A DNA stretch of 64,000 nt from Trichoplax adhaerens. Taxonomy: Eukaryota; Animalia; Placozoa. The stretch's first letter is position 1; the number at the start of each line of letters is the position of its first letter. The stretch covers positions 8,254,066-8,318,065 of the forward strand of contig NW_002060943.1 in the NCBI RefSeq assembly GCF_000150275.1, in the 5' to 3' direction. Under the pieces are notes generated by a model. That model saw only the letters and a program-made list of their open reading frames with translations, did no database searches and was not told where the DNA came from. The translations under genes were made by a program, and so were the position numbers. Shown here one piece after another: positions 41,974 to 56,191 of the stretch.

Positions 41974-42220
41974 TTTATACTTTTAGTTTTATATAGGGTG
42001 TTATAATGTATTTTATCAATCTTTAAGCTATTCACATCGGCATTCATTATAAATTACAATATCAGAGCAACAATGTCAGGAATTGAAACTAAATCTTACT
42101 GTTCATAAAAGCACCTGCTCAATTCATAAATGTATTCTGCCATAAAGAGACTGCTAAACACAGGCATAAAGTTAAAGTCTTTGTACCATTCCAGTTTCAA
42201 TTACTTTTGATGAAGTGTTT

Positions 42221-42690
42221 ACAATCCAATGATGGTATCATCAAGCTTTACTAGAGCATTCTATTGAATGATAATGGACATGTAGCCAGCAATTAATTTG
42301 AAACAATAAAGATGATGTGAACAATTACCAATTCAATCAGTAATAGATTTTGTAGCATGAAATTAGGGATCAATTTCCATACAATCCAATGATGGGATCA
42401 TCAAGATTTACTAGATCATTCTATTGAATGATAATGGACATGTAGCCAGCAATTAATTTGAAACAATAAAGATGATGTGAACAATCACTAATTCAATCAG
42501 TAATAGATTTTTGTAGCATGAAATTAGAGATCAATTTCCATACAATCCAATGATGGTATCATCAAGCTTTACTAGATCATTCTATTGAATGATAATGGAC
42601 ATGTAGCCAGCAATTAATTTGCAACAATAAAGATGATGTGAACAATCAGTAATAGATTTTTGAGCATAAAATTAGGGATCAATTTCCATA
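42221..42690. repeat. Tandem repeat, ~160-bp unit x3
   Basis: ACAATCCAATGATGG(T/G)ATCATCAAG..TTACTAGA.CATTCTATTGAATGATAATGGACATGTAGCCAGC...GATCAATTTCCAT starts at 42221, 42381 and 42542. Confidence 0.93.
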
Positions 42691-45600
42691 TCGTTTACAG
42701 AGTAAACGATTCTATCAATTTATACTTCCATCGAGAAAATTTTCTATTTATTTAGCCCATCAATAAAATTTTTTCCGATGTAATAAGAATTAAAGTCATA
42801 CGTTTTTATATCCGAGTACCGCAAGGAAAGGGTTTAAAAACAGACGAAAAGAATAAATAGTCATTATAAAGCTTATATTATACAGTCTTACACTTAATAA
42901 ATATCTAAAAAGTGTCAATAACTTTTAAGTATAATGTAGATGGGCGGATAGTAATAATAAATTTGATGTATAAGCACTCACTCAATTATCAGTAAGTCAT
43001 TATGACTCTTATATTCCGTAAATTTATTAGATTAACCCTATTGAGTGAGATTAAAAGTTCAAAGTTTATTAGTTTAGGACATTATTGGCCATAAAATACT
43101 CCAGATGTGAATTAAATGATTGTTGATCCCTAATCAAGATATCAAAATTATTTGTCTTGCGACTTAAAACTACACTGTAAATTCTTTTATTTTTTGTCTT
43201 GCTTTTATGATGCTAATTCAAAAAATAAAGTAGATTACTCTATACAAGTGTATATATATTAAAATATTAACATCAAACCAGCAATTAGTAATATTAATGT
43301 CTTTTAATACATTGCATAAGAGACAAAACTAACGTAACACGAAGATTAAATTTAAAAGGTTTTCATTTTTGTCATGCCCTCCTTTCGATTACTATAAGTA
43401 TATCATCGTCCATACGACATTAGTTCTATCCTTGCATAGTAACCAATTCTCTAACAACAAACTAGTTACACTACCGGCATATTAGAGTTATCCAGAGAGA
43501 GAGTCTTTCCTATTATTCTATGTTTAATAGTAATAGCATTGGACCAAATTTTACTCATAAGAATAATCCAATTTTATGATAACTCTAGTTGAAAAGATAG
43601 GTTGCCATATCCGTAGCCAGCCGTTTGTTTGTTTTGAACAATGCCTACGTAATACTGTATGCATATTATCATTTAATAAACAACTAGTATTTTATAAGTA
43701 ATTGTCTTCAACATTTTAGCTGAAATATTTATAATAGTCAACTTCTTCGACACAATTCTGCCCTGACCTAATATCAAAGATTGCATAATGGCTCTATTTC
43801 TATAATTGTATAGACTGCATGTATATGTTGATCCTACTTATTATTATACCGCTATGTAATGGATTTAAATGTTAAAACAATATAATACCACTTATTAACA
43901 ATTTCATTTTCTCCAATTAGTAAGAGAAAACGATATAGATACCGCCATTATGATAAAATAGTAGCAATATAATTCCTCTATTTAAATTATAATTGTTTTA
44001 AAATATCATTATGGTATCAATATATCAACTATCGTTGCTGTTATCAATACTATATAATAGTCGATCAGTTAGTTCTGATAATATCTGTAATAGAAATTCT
44101 TCATGTACGGTAATATTGCAAACTGTAATGAAATTGATCTATACATCGGTATTAGAATTAATTAGGCGAGCGATTAAGTGATCACAAGTTTCCGACTTTT
44201 TATTAAAGACTAGTACGTCCTGCAATTTTTAAGCAATTATCTCATTAAGCCAAGTATTAATATCCAATTAATGCTCAATAGTAGCACAACATACAAATAT
44301 AATGATCATATTTACGGCATATAGCAAAAAATAATCGCCTCGACATCAATCTTGATTTAATTTCGCTCCTTAGCTATTGATCAAGATATTACTTAAGTAA
44401 GTTATCAAAAGAAAATATTCTAATATATCGAGCGAAAATCAACGAAGAAAATAGCTTGATTGAAAAGGTACCGCACAAATTCAACACATATTTCTTTTCA
44501 ACAGTGATATAAATCATGTAATGTTATCGATTTGATATTGCATGAATAGATTAAAAATAAAAGAAAATAAAACAATATATATTAATGGACAGTATGAATA
44601 GGCACGGAAATAAAATAGTAAGGCAAGCTAATAATGAATAATAATATACGTACGAACAGCTGGATCGATCTATCTTTATAATACACTTATTACGTCAAGG
44701 TAGCTAACACAAATGGCAATATTGACATAAGTAGCTATTATCATTTATAATCTCAATAAAATCGATCTTAATTGACATTTCACCCAAGTGCTATCCTTCC
44801 TCAATAGATCTCACTAGCTATAATATTTAAGCTGCTATTTATAATCAATCATATTCATGATAAATAAATTTCAGTACAGTATCCATTTAAATTATTTTCC
44901 TTCTATAAAAACGATACCGTACGCAATACGCTATATGGAAAAATTGGCATAGGATGGAATAGCAAAAGTATAGAAATACAGTAGTATTAAGCAACCAATA
45001 CTACTGTCAACTCTATTATTACATTATTTCTATTACTATTTACTCTAGATCTATATATTGCAAAAGTGTCTATTATCTATGCAATAATATCTACATTGAA
45101 AATCGTCCATGATCGTCTTTCTATATAAATTTGTGCAGCTTCTGTACCAGCGAAGTAACCCCTCTTACTTTATGATCTGATATTTAACCTGTCATTGCTG
45201 GATGATCACCCACATTAAAAAATAAATGATACCATCTCTTGTGAGTGTATATTGTTATAATATTACTGCTATACTATCCAATATGTTTTAATTCAAGAAT
45301 ATACTATACAAGGATAGAAATCAAGAAAGAACTTTAACAGCGGGTAATCGGTGCCTTGAAAATTAAAATTTGGGTAATTGTAGTTTCTTCTATTGCTTAC
45401 AATAACAAATTTTTGAAATTTTCTTCAATATTAATGACCTTTGTTGAACAAGGTTGTTGCCATGTCGTTGATCTAACATCTAAAAAATATTCTACATTTC
45501 AAGTAGCAACAATAAGAAACTATTAACAACCGACGATAACAAGACCATAAGGTAAAGGGCGACCTGCTCACAGGAGGGTTCCATTAAGGTAAAAATTCAA

Positions 45601-47033
45601 TCAAGCAAATTATAAGAGATGAAAATACTCTTATGAACAATTATCATTTTAGCCTTGATATAATGTTACTTCTTATTGTCCGATAATGTTTTAGCCTAGA
45701 TCAAGATAGGTTACAATGATAACTTTAGTGCAAAAAATAAGTTTGCTATTCATTAATTAGCACTCGTGCAGTAATAATAATATGCTCAATATCGCTTGTA
45801 CTTTATTATGACAATATCCTCTTCTGTATAAATAAATGCCCCTCTATAAAATTTCAATACCTTAGACGCCAAATATGTCATTCTCATTCGATTTTCATGT
45901 CAGTATTCTTACCTTTTAGAATTTTTATCCTGCATATTTAATTTATAAATTATTTTATAATTGATATTAGACGATACGTTTTTCTAAGGACAACGTTATC
46001 ATCTAAATTTTCAAAGCTTTTAATTTATCTTTCTGGTATAAACCGATTAGTAGCCTAATCGGTCATATTAATGTTTAAAATCAATTTGTATTTTGAACGC
46101 AAATTAGGATCCTGTCATACTTCTAAAAGACATTTAAACGATATAAGATATTCACTAAAACTGAAAAAAGCTAGCATCAATCATATGGAATCGATTAACA
46201 TCTATTGGTTTAAACAGGTAAAATCTGAAAATTGCCATTAACTAAATTATCTTCGATAGCAATATGTTTCCTTAATAGCTCTTTGGAAGTGCATCGGCTT
46301 AGAAAGGGAATAGTTATGTTTTATTCAATTTTTTGTAGTCATATTTTTGATTCCATTATATACTAAGCATAATCATGTTAAGTTTCAATTCAATAACCTT
46401 GCAATGCTTAGTCTATTTCTTTCAATCTTATTCTCATAAATGAAAGCCTTGACATCATTCATTATTATCATCATCACTCTTCTTCATCTCACTAAGATAT
46501 CTCGGTATTGCTCATCATGTAAATTCCTTTCCTTGTCATTCTATTTTCTTTCTCCCTCCCTTTCTTGATTGAATAACTGACTCAATACTATTGTTTCCAA
46601 TAAGATAATCAATCATTTTAACTTGTTTATTAAAAAATAGATCTAAGCTGCGACTGTCTATTATCATGATTGGCTAATTTTTCTATCTTATTAAATGATA
46701 TTAGTAGAATCATATTTTGCTATCCCTTTATTAATCATCAGAAGCTATTACTCATCATTTTGCTTGCCCTTCCCATTTGCTTCTTACTGCTTATCGATGA
46801 AAAACAATCATCAATATGCTTTCTACCCTATTTCTACGCTGCATTCAGTACAGATCATCAATTACCTTTATAACATATATTGAACAAATCATCTGTTGAT
46901 CTTCTAATTTTACAATTGCTTCATTTTAATTTAGTTAAAAGGCGATCAATCATTCCTTCATTCGTAATAATCAAATACCTTTAAATTATGCAAAGTAATA
47001 CCTAGGATAGACTAAGACTGCAATGACTATTTG

Positions 47034-47121
47034 ATATATATACATATATATATCATATGCATATATATCTACATAAACACACACACACACATTTCTTTCT
47101 CCACACACACACACACACACA
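47034..47121. repeat. Compound (AT)n/(CA)n microsatellite upstream of the RBPMS-like gene
   Basis: Interrupted TATATA runs at 47034-47068 and two CA runs at ~47077-47091 and ~47102-47121. Confidence 0.85.
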
Positions 47122-48063
47122 TGATCACGCACATATATACTTATAAATAATCTACACCTTTTGAATAATTTACCTATCTTACATATTCCAATCAATGCAC
47201 ACATAAGCACAACCAGCCCGATATAAACACATGAAAGCTATCAAACCCTTAAATAGATAGATAGACATCGGCATTGTCGACTTGTAGATCCAGAATCTTT
47301 TCGGCAAGGAACAAGTTCATACGATCGTAAAATATTCAAGCGAATCTCTGTTCAACGCACGTTTTCTTCAAGGAAAGCACGCGAAAGAAAGAAGGCGATA
47401 GAAAGAAAATTCTGGGCTAGATCTTGGCACAATCATCTATATACAACTGTAAGGTTAACCTAAAGAGCTTTTCCGAGCCTGCATTTATCCATCCTTGAAA
47501 GAATACTTTAAAATTATACCTTTAACGGTATTTGCATTGACCTCCAGTTATACGAATCTTCAATCATATTTTCATTTTTTCACATTATCCTTTCCCTTGC
47601 TATTTGATTTGTGGTTCATTTTGGAAATCGATAAACAAATAATCAACTGGAATTAACTTACATTATACAAGTCAACTTAGGAGAAAAATTATAAACAAGT
47701 TTTGTCCTCCACTACCATCCCTTACATCAAATTTATGCAATACATCCGTTACTTTGTCGTATCAGGCAAGTGAAAAAATTTGCAACACTAAAAACTACCT
47801 ATCCGATAGATCAGCCTAGTGAAGTTTGTCCCTGTATTTGCCTTCCCATCCTAGACTGTACCATTCTCACTAGGCTAAATTCCACGTTAATCCAAGAAAT
47901 TAATATCAATTCTATTTCTTTTATCCATCTTCGTCATAAAAAAATAAACTAACGAACAACAAATACATAAATTGTTTGTTGGCATCCATTTGTATGAGTC
48001 TTGATTCAATTCTAACCATATTAGCAGAATAAATTACAAACTGTACTACAACAATATCAACTG

Positions 48064-51000
48064 ATGGAGAGCAACAACCGAGACAGCGAAGAAGAAGTAA
48101 GTCATCTTTACTCTTATACCAGTTTTCAGATTTATTTACTCCGATTCCATCTTTAAAGTCAAAAACTGTGTACTACTATAGATTCTACTCAGTCTGCTAT
48201 TCTGTAATTCTATGAGCTTTTATTTAATTTTGGTTCGGTAAGATTTCATTTGGAGAGGTATTAAGGCCTATTTATTCCTTCAACCGCTACTGCGATTTTA
48301 CAATATTAAAAGATCACGTTAGTGTTAGTGGTCTATTCTCCATGATAAATTAAAATAGATATATTAAAAATGAAATAATCAATATTGTTAACAATTAAAG
48401 AGCTACTACAGCCTTGCTCGTGTAGTAAAATTCTTAATCATTAACCTTAATCATCCAATTTATACATATACATGTAAAATTTGACAACACATATGCACTA
48501 GCAATAACTTTCTTTAGCCTTAAACTTGAGCGGAATAGCTCAAGATTGATGTAAGATAAAGAAAAATATGTCGAGTATAATCATAATCAAAACTAAAAAT
48601 TAGCAAGAATAACCTAATAGCTATGATATTGATCTTGATGGTAATAGCCTAAATTTAAAAATTTTTAATTTCATTTTAAACTTAGCATTGTATCAGCTAT
48701 GGAGGGTAGGGGTTAATGCAGTCATTGCAAAAGTGAAGCATTAGACTGTGCAAAACTAGATCAGTGTTAATCATTTTAATGTATAAATTTCTTGATGTTA
48801 TTTGTTAGAAAGAAGGATTGTTAAACTATCGCTACAGTAGTAGGTGGTATTTTTCACTAAGCTTTGTCTCCCGAAGTTTTCGCTTAGGGTTAAGTAAAAT
48901 TGATTTTCTTGGCGGCGAAATATATAAGCTTGGCAGACCTAAATTAGATCCCTCTTTCTATACTGCACATCATTTGATAAATGAGTACAACAGCTCAAAA
49001 GGGTTACTAAAAATAGTTATTGTTACTATTCTCTTCTTGGATATTTTGTGTAAGAGTTCCTATAAACCTTATGTCAACACTATATTTTAATGGCAATGTT
49101 GACGGTACAAGTTATTTAGACGATATGTATACATTACCATGACCGAATAGAATGTTTTAAGTCTTCCTTTTCGGTAACATGATTGCTAAAACAACAAGTT
49201 TTTTCATCGGTATAAATGATAGAATAGGACCATAAGGTTTCTTTCTATTTTTATAACCCTTGAAACAATAGTCTTATAAGCTTCATCAAAACTGAAAAAT
49301 TTTAAATTAACACTAAAATAATGCCGCGAAGTCTAAAATTAGATTACGTTACAATGTGGCACGGATGAGTAACCCCTCAAGTTTGACAAAAGTTCTACTA
49401 TTGTCGTTTAGAAAGGAATTTGCTAATGTAGAATTGTGAAAAATGTCTTTAGCTTTATTGATTAGTGAATAGAAGAATGTAACGAACCTGTTAGCAGTTA
49501 GGAAATGCAGATCGTTGTGTGTTAGTAACGTAGAGAAGTAACTTTGAAGGTCTTATAATAATGAATGCAGGAATAGTTAACAAGTTAGACACAAATAGCA
49601 ATGAATGACGAGTGTAGTTAGCTATCTACTAAAGAATCATTACGGTTTGTTTCATCATTCCACTATTTATCGTATAATTAATATTATCCAGAACTACAGC
49701 GTTGATATCCAAGTTTTCGAACAAGGATATCCTCTATTAATTATTACTCCGTGCAATAGAGAAAGATTTATTTGCCAAAGCATCAACATATAGTTAGTTA
49801 ACCCAAGACATCTAATTTCATGCAATGGAGGAAAATTTGTTTGAGCATCAATATGTAGTTAGCTAACCCAAGACATCTGATTTCATGCAATACAGGAAAA
49901 TTTGTCTGTTTGAGTATCAATATGTAGTTAGCTAACCGAAGACATCTGATTTCATGCCATAAAGGGAAAATTGATTTTTCAGAGCATCATCATACAGTTA
50001 GTAAACCCAAGACATTTGATTCCATGCAATAGAGGAAATTTTAATTATTATAGTATCAACATGCAGTTAGTTAACCCTATACATCTGATTTCTTGATTAG
50101 CTTACTGTATAATTATTATAATTAATTATCAAGATTATTTCATACGAGGAGATAATTTGTCTATACAGTTAATGTCAAGAGCGGTCAATGATTAGAAATA
50201 TATTCACACATACATCAATATGATTCATCTAGCAGATGCCGCATTTATCTCACTAATGCCGGCCTCTGCTATTAATAAATGTGCATAATATAATAGACGC
50301 CTATTCAAATAGCCTAAATCATCTTGTTTCCCTCGTAATCCAATATGATAGAAGTAGACTACGGATAGGAACAAAGGGCTTACTACGAGGACTATATAAT
50401 TGTTATATATTTTTCGATATTTGCATTCGTAATTAGTCTGATATGTTTTATAGCTATACGACGCTCGATACAGTTCTTTGAAATATTGCGCTATTACCCA
50501 ACAAGAATCTTACGGCATTGCTGTGATATACAGTAATGAGGATAGGAAAAAGTATGATTCATTACAGTGTAAAAGATGCAACCGAAAAGACATAAGTTGA
50601 TAACATCATCAATTAGGTATAAAATGAATTGATTCAAGTTGTACTCTATTCGATTTAATCATTTTATGTATAAAAATTCATATCACCTTCTCTATTACAC
50701 CTTGTTACATAACAAGTGAAGAGATTGGGGAAATATGGTCATGAAGTTAATCATATCATGACATAGTGTTATTAGTGAATAAGCCAATCTATTCTTTGTT
50801 GAGTTATATTAATAAGGTTGAGTAACATTATTGTGAATGGTTTTATGCTGCTATCAACCCTATGACATTATGAGAGATACCTTGTTAACCATATCCTGCC
50901 AAATTACACCAGTAAGGCAATTTCAAATTTGTGTAATACACTAAGAACTGTAAAATCTTATTATCGAATTATTTTTCTGCCTTCAATTTTAAATCTAATT

Positions 51001-54000
51001 TATGCTCTAGCTATCATTTATAATTTACAGATTTAAGAAAGACTATCTCTAGTCTGTTTTAATAACTTCTTCGCTAATGAATCATGCTATTTCTTGTAAC
51101 ACGACTTTCATCTTAACATTGCATTATTTCAGCATAAGAATTTAATGCTATTCGTATTCTTTCTTTGGTTGCTAGTTTTATAAGTTGAATTTTACCAATT
51201 GATTCGACATCGGCATATTCTAACATTCCGTATCATAGAAAGCTGTAGCAACCAGATTTATATCTATGAATTTACATAATTTGTAAGAGATTATACACGT
51301 AGTCTAACACAAATTAAAGCATAGCATTATATAGGTTTCAAAACATTTTAATATTTAAATAGACTGATATCCTTTGAGATTTTTGATATACTATTATTAA
51401 TCCTTAGCTCTGCAATTGAAGAAGTTATACATGAGCTAGTTGATTTTCTACAAAAAATTCTACTGCAAGTGTCAACCTATTTTAATATTGCACAATTTCT
51501 ACATATCTTTGTAATAGCAATTTAATTACTATTTTAAACATCATCTCAAGAAATGTGCTCGCCTAAATCAGCACTGATAGAAGAGATCCTGCTAACTCTC
51601 GATATTTTCTTCTAAAAATACCCATAACCAACTGTACAGGATATATAACATCTTAATGTAATGGCAATTAAACAGTCCGAGGCTGCACAAAAATTTCATT
51701 AATTTTATTTCCTAATTAGCAACAGGGGGCCGATAATTATAGATATGCACTTATGCTGCATTAAGGCAGCTACTAACTTCAAAGTGTCTTAGCGCATTTT
51801 GAATGAAAATCATATTTTTAGCAAAGCATTTCTATTTCTAATTATACGATGTTTTTACATAGATCATCATTCAATTGCTGCATTAGTGAAACGAGCAGAT
51901 TATATGTATAATCTATTACTTCACTGCAGGAAATCGTCTCAAATACGGATGCTAACATATGGTGTGATAATATTAAAACATAATCAGATTATATGGCAGA
52001 CTAAATACAAGTGCATATGTGTAGCAACAGATATCACCCTAATATTGCTTATTACTAAGCAATACTAGGCTACTTTTTTGTATTACATAGCAGCCATTTA
52101 ACCTTAATAATGGCTGATAATTAAGAAAAATGAATAACAACGTCTGGTATTTCTGTAGGCAACGTGAGAAATTGATTGAAATTCTGTCGCTTTTGGATGC
52201 AATATTTTACAGCCACATTGCAAGCATAATTATTAGAACATGTGAATGTTTCACAATCTACTCAAATATTTTCTTACCCAATCGAAATATCATTTAGATA
52301 TGAATAAGATTCATGTACATGAAAACTTGAGTTATATATTATTGGCATACTTCTAATAGTCACAATAGATGTGAATATTTCTAGTATATGTATATATTTA
52401 GATAGGAGACCAACGAAGTTGTTTTTCAGCCGTTTAAAAATTGAAGGGTTTATGAAGTAATTAATGCTGGACATACAATATTCTTTTAATGACATTATGG
52501 AATTAAAACCTGCGGAAAACTTGATGGCTAATAACTGGGATACTACTTTACTATCGGCATTATTGCCCATGTCAAATAATTATATTTACTATTTAAATTA
52601 TTACGAGACATATGAAGGAGCAATTATAGACTGAACGGTACTCCACATTGTTTCTATTTATCGCAAGGGGTAATTGAGAGTTCTTTAATTATCGATTTAG
52701 CGGAATATTATTCCCATCTTTAATAGTATCTAAGTAATTATGGTTACACTTTCAGTTATTATTAATGGGTAACACACCAATCTTTAGCGCTGTATATATG
52801 ATTTGAGCTAAATATAGTTTTCTAAGCATTTCTAATTTGTATAGTTTCCTATTAGTTAATGATAGCTGTAGTATTAAGTAAATACTTACTCATACAAAAT
52901 TTGGATAATATTTCAGTAGATTAATAAAATTTTCTTATATTACAATAAGGTTCGCACATTATTTGTGAGTGGACTTCCTGTTGATGTTAAGCAAAGAGAT
53001 TTACATCTACTCTTTCGTGGACTTCCAGTACGTAAATATTCATCAAGCTAATGATATCATCTTTATGTCTTCGGCATTATTGCATCAATATAGTACTAAT
53101 TTTCCTAATCGATTTATTAGGGATATTTAGATTCTATCTTAAAGACATCAACCAAGCAAGTAAGTAATAGAAATGATACACGTAAAATACCTATGGTAAT
53201 AAAGAATAGTAGGAAGATTGCTTGTATACGTGTGTATTATGTGTTAGTAATACAGCATTATTTACTACAGTAATTATATATATCATGATCAACTTTGTTC
53301 GCTTTACCATGATAACAATTAAAAGAAATGATTTTAAGAATTTAAAAGTTGACCTATTTCTTCTGAAATTTAAATACTTATATATATTATATAGCCGGGA
53401 CACGGAAATAAATCTGGGGTATGTGGAAGATAGAATGTTTAAAAACGTTAATCATTTTTTTGGAACTGCTTAATTCCGTAATTTAGCTATAAATCTACTT
53501 TTGTCGTAATGATTATAAATTTTAAAGTTATACATTAGAGAAAAAGTAACAGTTTTTTCAATACTTAATACTGGCACTTTAATATGCAAGGTTGAAGATA
53601 TCGGTAGCGACTAGTTACTGTAATTACTCTAAATAATATTTAAGAAAAGGTTAATATTTTCACCAATAGATATGCATTCAGCTGCAACATTACTATAGAA
53701 TCTACCAGCTAAAATATACGCTTTAAAATCATTATCCGACCAATAGTAGTCTATACTATATATTTCCAGCATTATATCAAAAGTATTTAATTCTCGATCA
53801 AAAACTATGTATTTTACATGGTATAAGCATAATTTTACTAATTTTAATCTTGATTATATTTATTTACTTCTGGGTATTTCTTTATGATACAGCCCGTTGC
53901 ATTCGCTACATTTGAAACTAGGGAGCTAGCAAATGAAGCTAAAGCTATCTTACAGGTTACAAATAAATTATTAATCTTATAGAGCGAAATTTTCGTAGCC

Positions 54001-56191
54001 ATAACATTACTGTATAGAAATGACTGTATTATAGCTCAGTAAAATGACCATAATACATTAAATTTAAATTACGGTAAAACGTTTTATACCATGATAAGGA
54101 TTCCTTCCGATGTTTTATATCGATACTATATCCTTTGCATAGGCATATTAGTTAAAATTATTTATGCTTATAAAAGTTTATCGACAATAGTCACCGGAAT
54201 ATTCAGTTTTAATATTATGAATATAGGCTAGATTAAAATTCTTATTCGATTTTTATTCTTCCGGATCATTAGGGATTCCAATTCGATCCAGACGTAACAG
54301 ATAGTCATCTTAGAGTTGATTTCGCAAAATCTAATACGAAGTCATATCGATCTCGCCATAACAGTTCCAATGGTCAAAATGTGAAAAATACAATTTATAA
54401 CGGCAATATCCCTAATAAATTAGAGTTGGCTAATCCAGCCATACCAATATACAGAGAACATTCGATATGTAGGTGTTCTAATCAGCATGTGTGGAAACCC
54501 AATACAGCTTGATATGATTACTATTTTGCAAAATTTACAAATTCAGCTACGTTAAACTTAATATTGTGCTTTACTGCTGATATTGACAGCTGCGCCATAA
54601 TGTAATTTAATCGTTTCTTTTGTTGTATTTAGTGAGATATCTTGTAGAGTTGTTATTATATTCTTATATTTCAAAACTCTTCTAAGATATACAATTTAAC
54701 GAAATGTAAAATTTTACGTACTTAAAATTTGCTATTTGTTACTCTTTACAATTCAAATAGCTACTATCGACCTGACTCCGACGTATTATCAAAATATCAT
54801 ACCTGAAACCTACGTTAATCACATACCAATGTAAGTACCGTGATGTTTATATTCTCTAACTTAGACCAATTGGGACTTGAGAATTATACTAGCATATATT
54901 AAGAATTTTAATTATAAAAAACGAACAAAAAAAGTCGATAATCCAATTTTTACGGACTTAGCTATACTATAAATCTTTAATTTACAGCTTGATGAATAAA
55001 AATTGGCAATAGCTATATTATTTTTAATACTTTAGTTATCCATGTCCTACTGAAATTCCACAGCCAGCTTGTCATTCGGCTCCTCCTGTGCTACAGCCTC
55101 ACATGCAAAGCTTTCAGCAGCAACTGCCTCAAGTTTGTAGCACGCTTTTTGTTGCTAACTTAGGTCGTAATATAACTGATAAAGAACTACGAGATATATT
55201 TGGACGGTAAGAGTTTAAAACGCGTAATTACTAGCCATTGCTAGACTGCTACTTTGTCTTATGCGGTAAATTGATAAGATAAAAATATTGAACCATTATT
55301 GAAGCCTGTTTCACTATATACCGGTAGTTAGTCTAACTAATATTAAAGCATTTGGCATTCTTGTATGAAAGTAATGATAGAATAATCAATAATACACTAG
55401 ATGTGTTGGCTTTCGAAGACTACGAATGCATAAAAAGCCAGGATTTCCAACAACCGCGTTTATAGAGTTTGCTGTAAGTTGATCATTCCATCTTGCATGT
55501 ATTATATTATTAATGAAATTTCTGATATATATTCGCAGTATAAGTAAGTGGTAAAATTGTATAGGTGTGTATATACGCATATTTACTAATTACATCACAA
55601 TAAATGTATAATAGAATATCCAGTTTGCAACACAAGCTCTAAATGCGCTGCAAGGGTAAGTTGACGTCCTTATTTAAAAGAATCTAAGAAAGTTTTAGAC
55701 ATCGGCATATACCTAATTTGTATTATATTTCATTTACATGGTGTACATGACGATGTATTATGCGTAAATATAGATACTTTGCTCGTTATTCTACCCAATT
55801 TGATCGATTATTTTTATATACTTACAGCCCTGCATAATTATTATAACTTTCGCAATAATTATTAGCGGTGATGGTGGCAAACTCTACTTAAGCCAGGTTA
55901 TCATCACACATGTAACCTAAGTATTTATATTTTAGAGCCATTATTCAGTCTTCCGAATGCGGTGGGATTCGAATAGAATATGCTAGAAAAAAGATGGGTG
56001 AGGTAATAGCAAATAAGAAATTGATGAATTCAGTTCTACTTTCTACTTTTTGAGTCAAACAATGCGTAAAATTTCGAAATATGCAGTAATTAGTGTAGTG
56101 ACTATTATACCATAATTATTCTAATTGATAACAAAAATCTATCCCTGTTTTTGCATAGCCATCCATCCACCGCAATCATCTTGTGGCTTAG
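48064..56191 (+). CDS. RBPMS: RBPMS / couch potato / MEC-8 family RNA-binding protein with two RRMs, up to 12 exons
   Basis: Exons 48064-48096 ([11 protein letters not shown]), 52950-53027 ([26 protein letters not shown]), 53121-53159, 53395-53418 (candidate microexon), 53893-53955 (PVAFATF..), 54273-54468 ([14 protein letters not shown]), 54761-54830, 55036-55206 ([10 protein letters not shown]), 55401-55473, 55615-55655, 55936-56002 ([12 protein letters not shown]), 56159-56191 (TAG). All phases are compatible. None of these exons is recovered as its own ORF in the supplied track. Confidence 0.92.
49751..50091. repeat. Minisatellite, 65-70-bp unit x5, in RBPMS-like intron 1
   Basis: CATCAA.AT.TAGTTAG.TAACCCAAGACATCT(G/A)ATTTCATGCAAT..AGGAAAATT units start near 49781, 49846, 49915, 49985 and 50054. 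Confidence 0.9.

Noticed and set aside
42978-46063. Short inverted repeats (10 bp at ~42978/43020, 11 bp at 44978-45007, 9 bp at 46042-46063)
   Set aside because: Stems this short are expected occasionally in AT-rich DNA; no target-site duplications or other support.
40198-53473. Short ORF-track entries in the gene-poor region (e.g. 46670, 46986, 48818, 51799, 52274, 53222)
   Set aside because: Ile/Leu/Phe/Tyr-rich translations typical of AT-rich non-coding DNA or microsatellite; no domains or exon chains.
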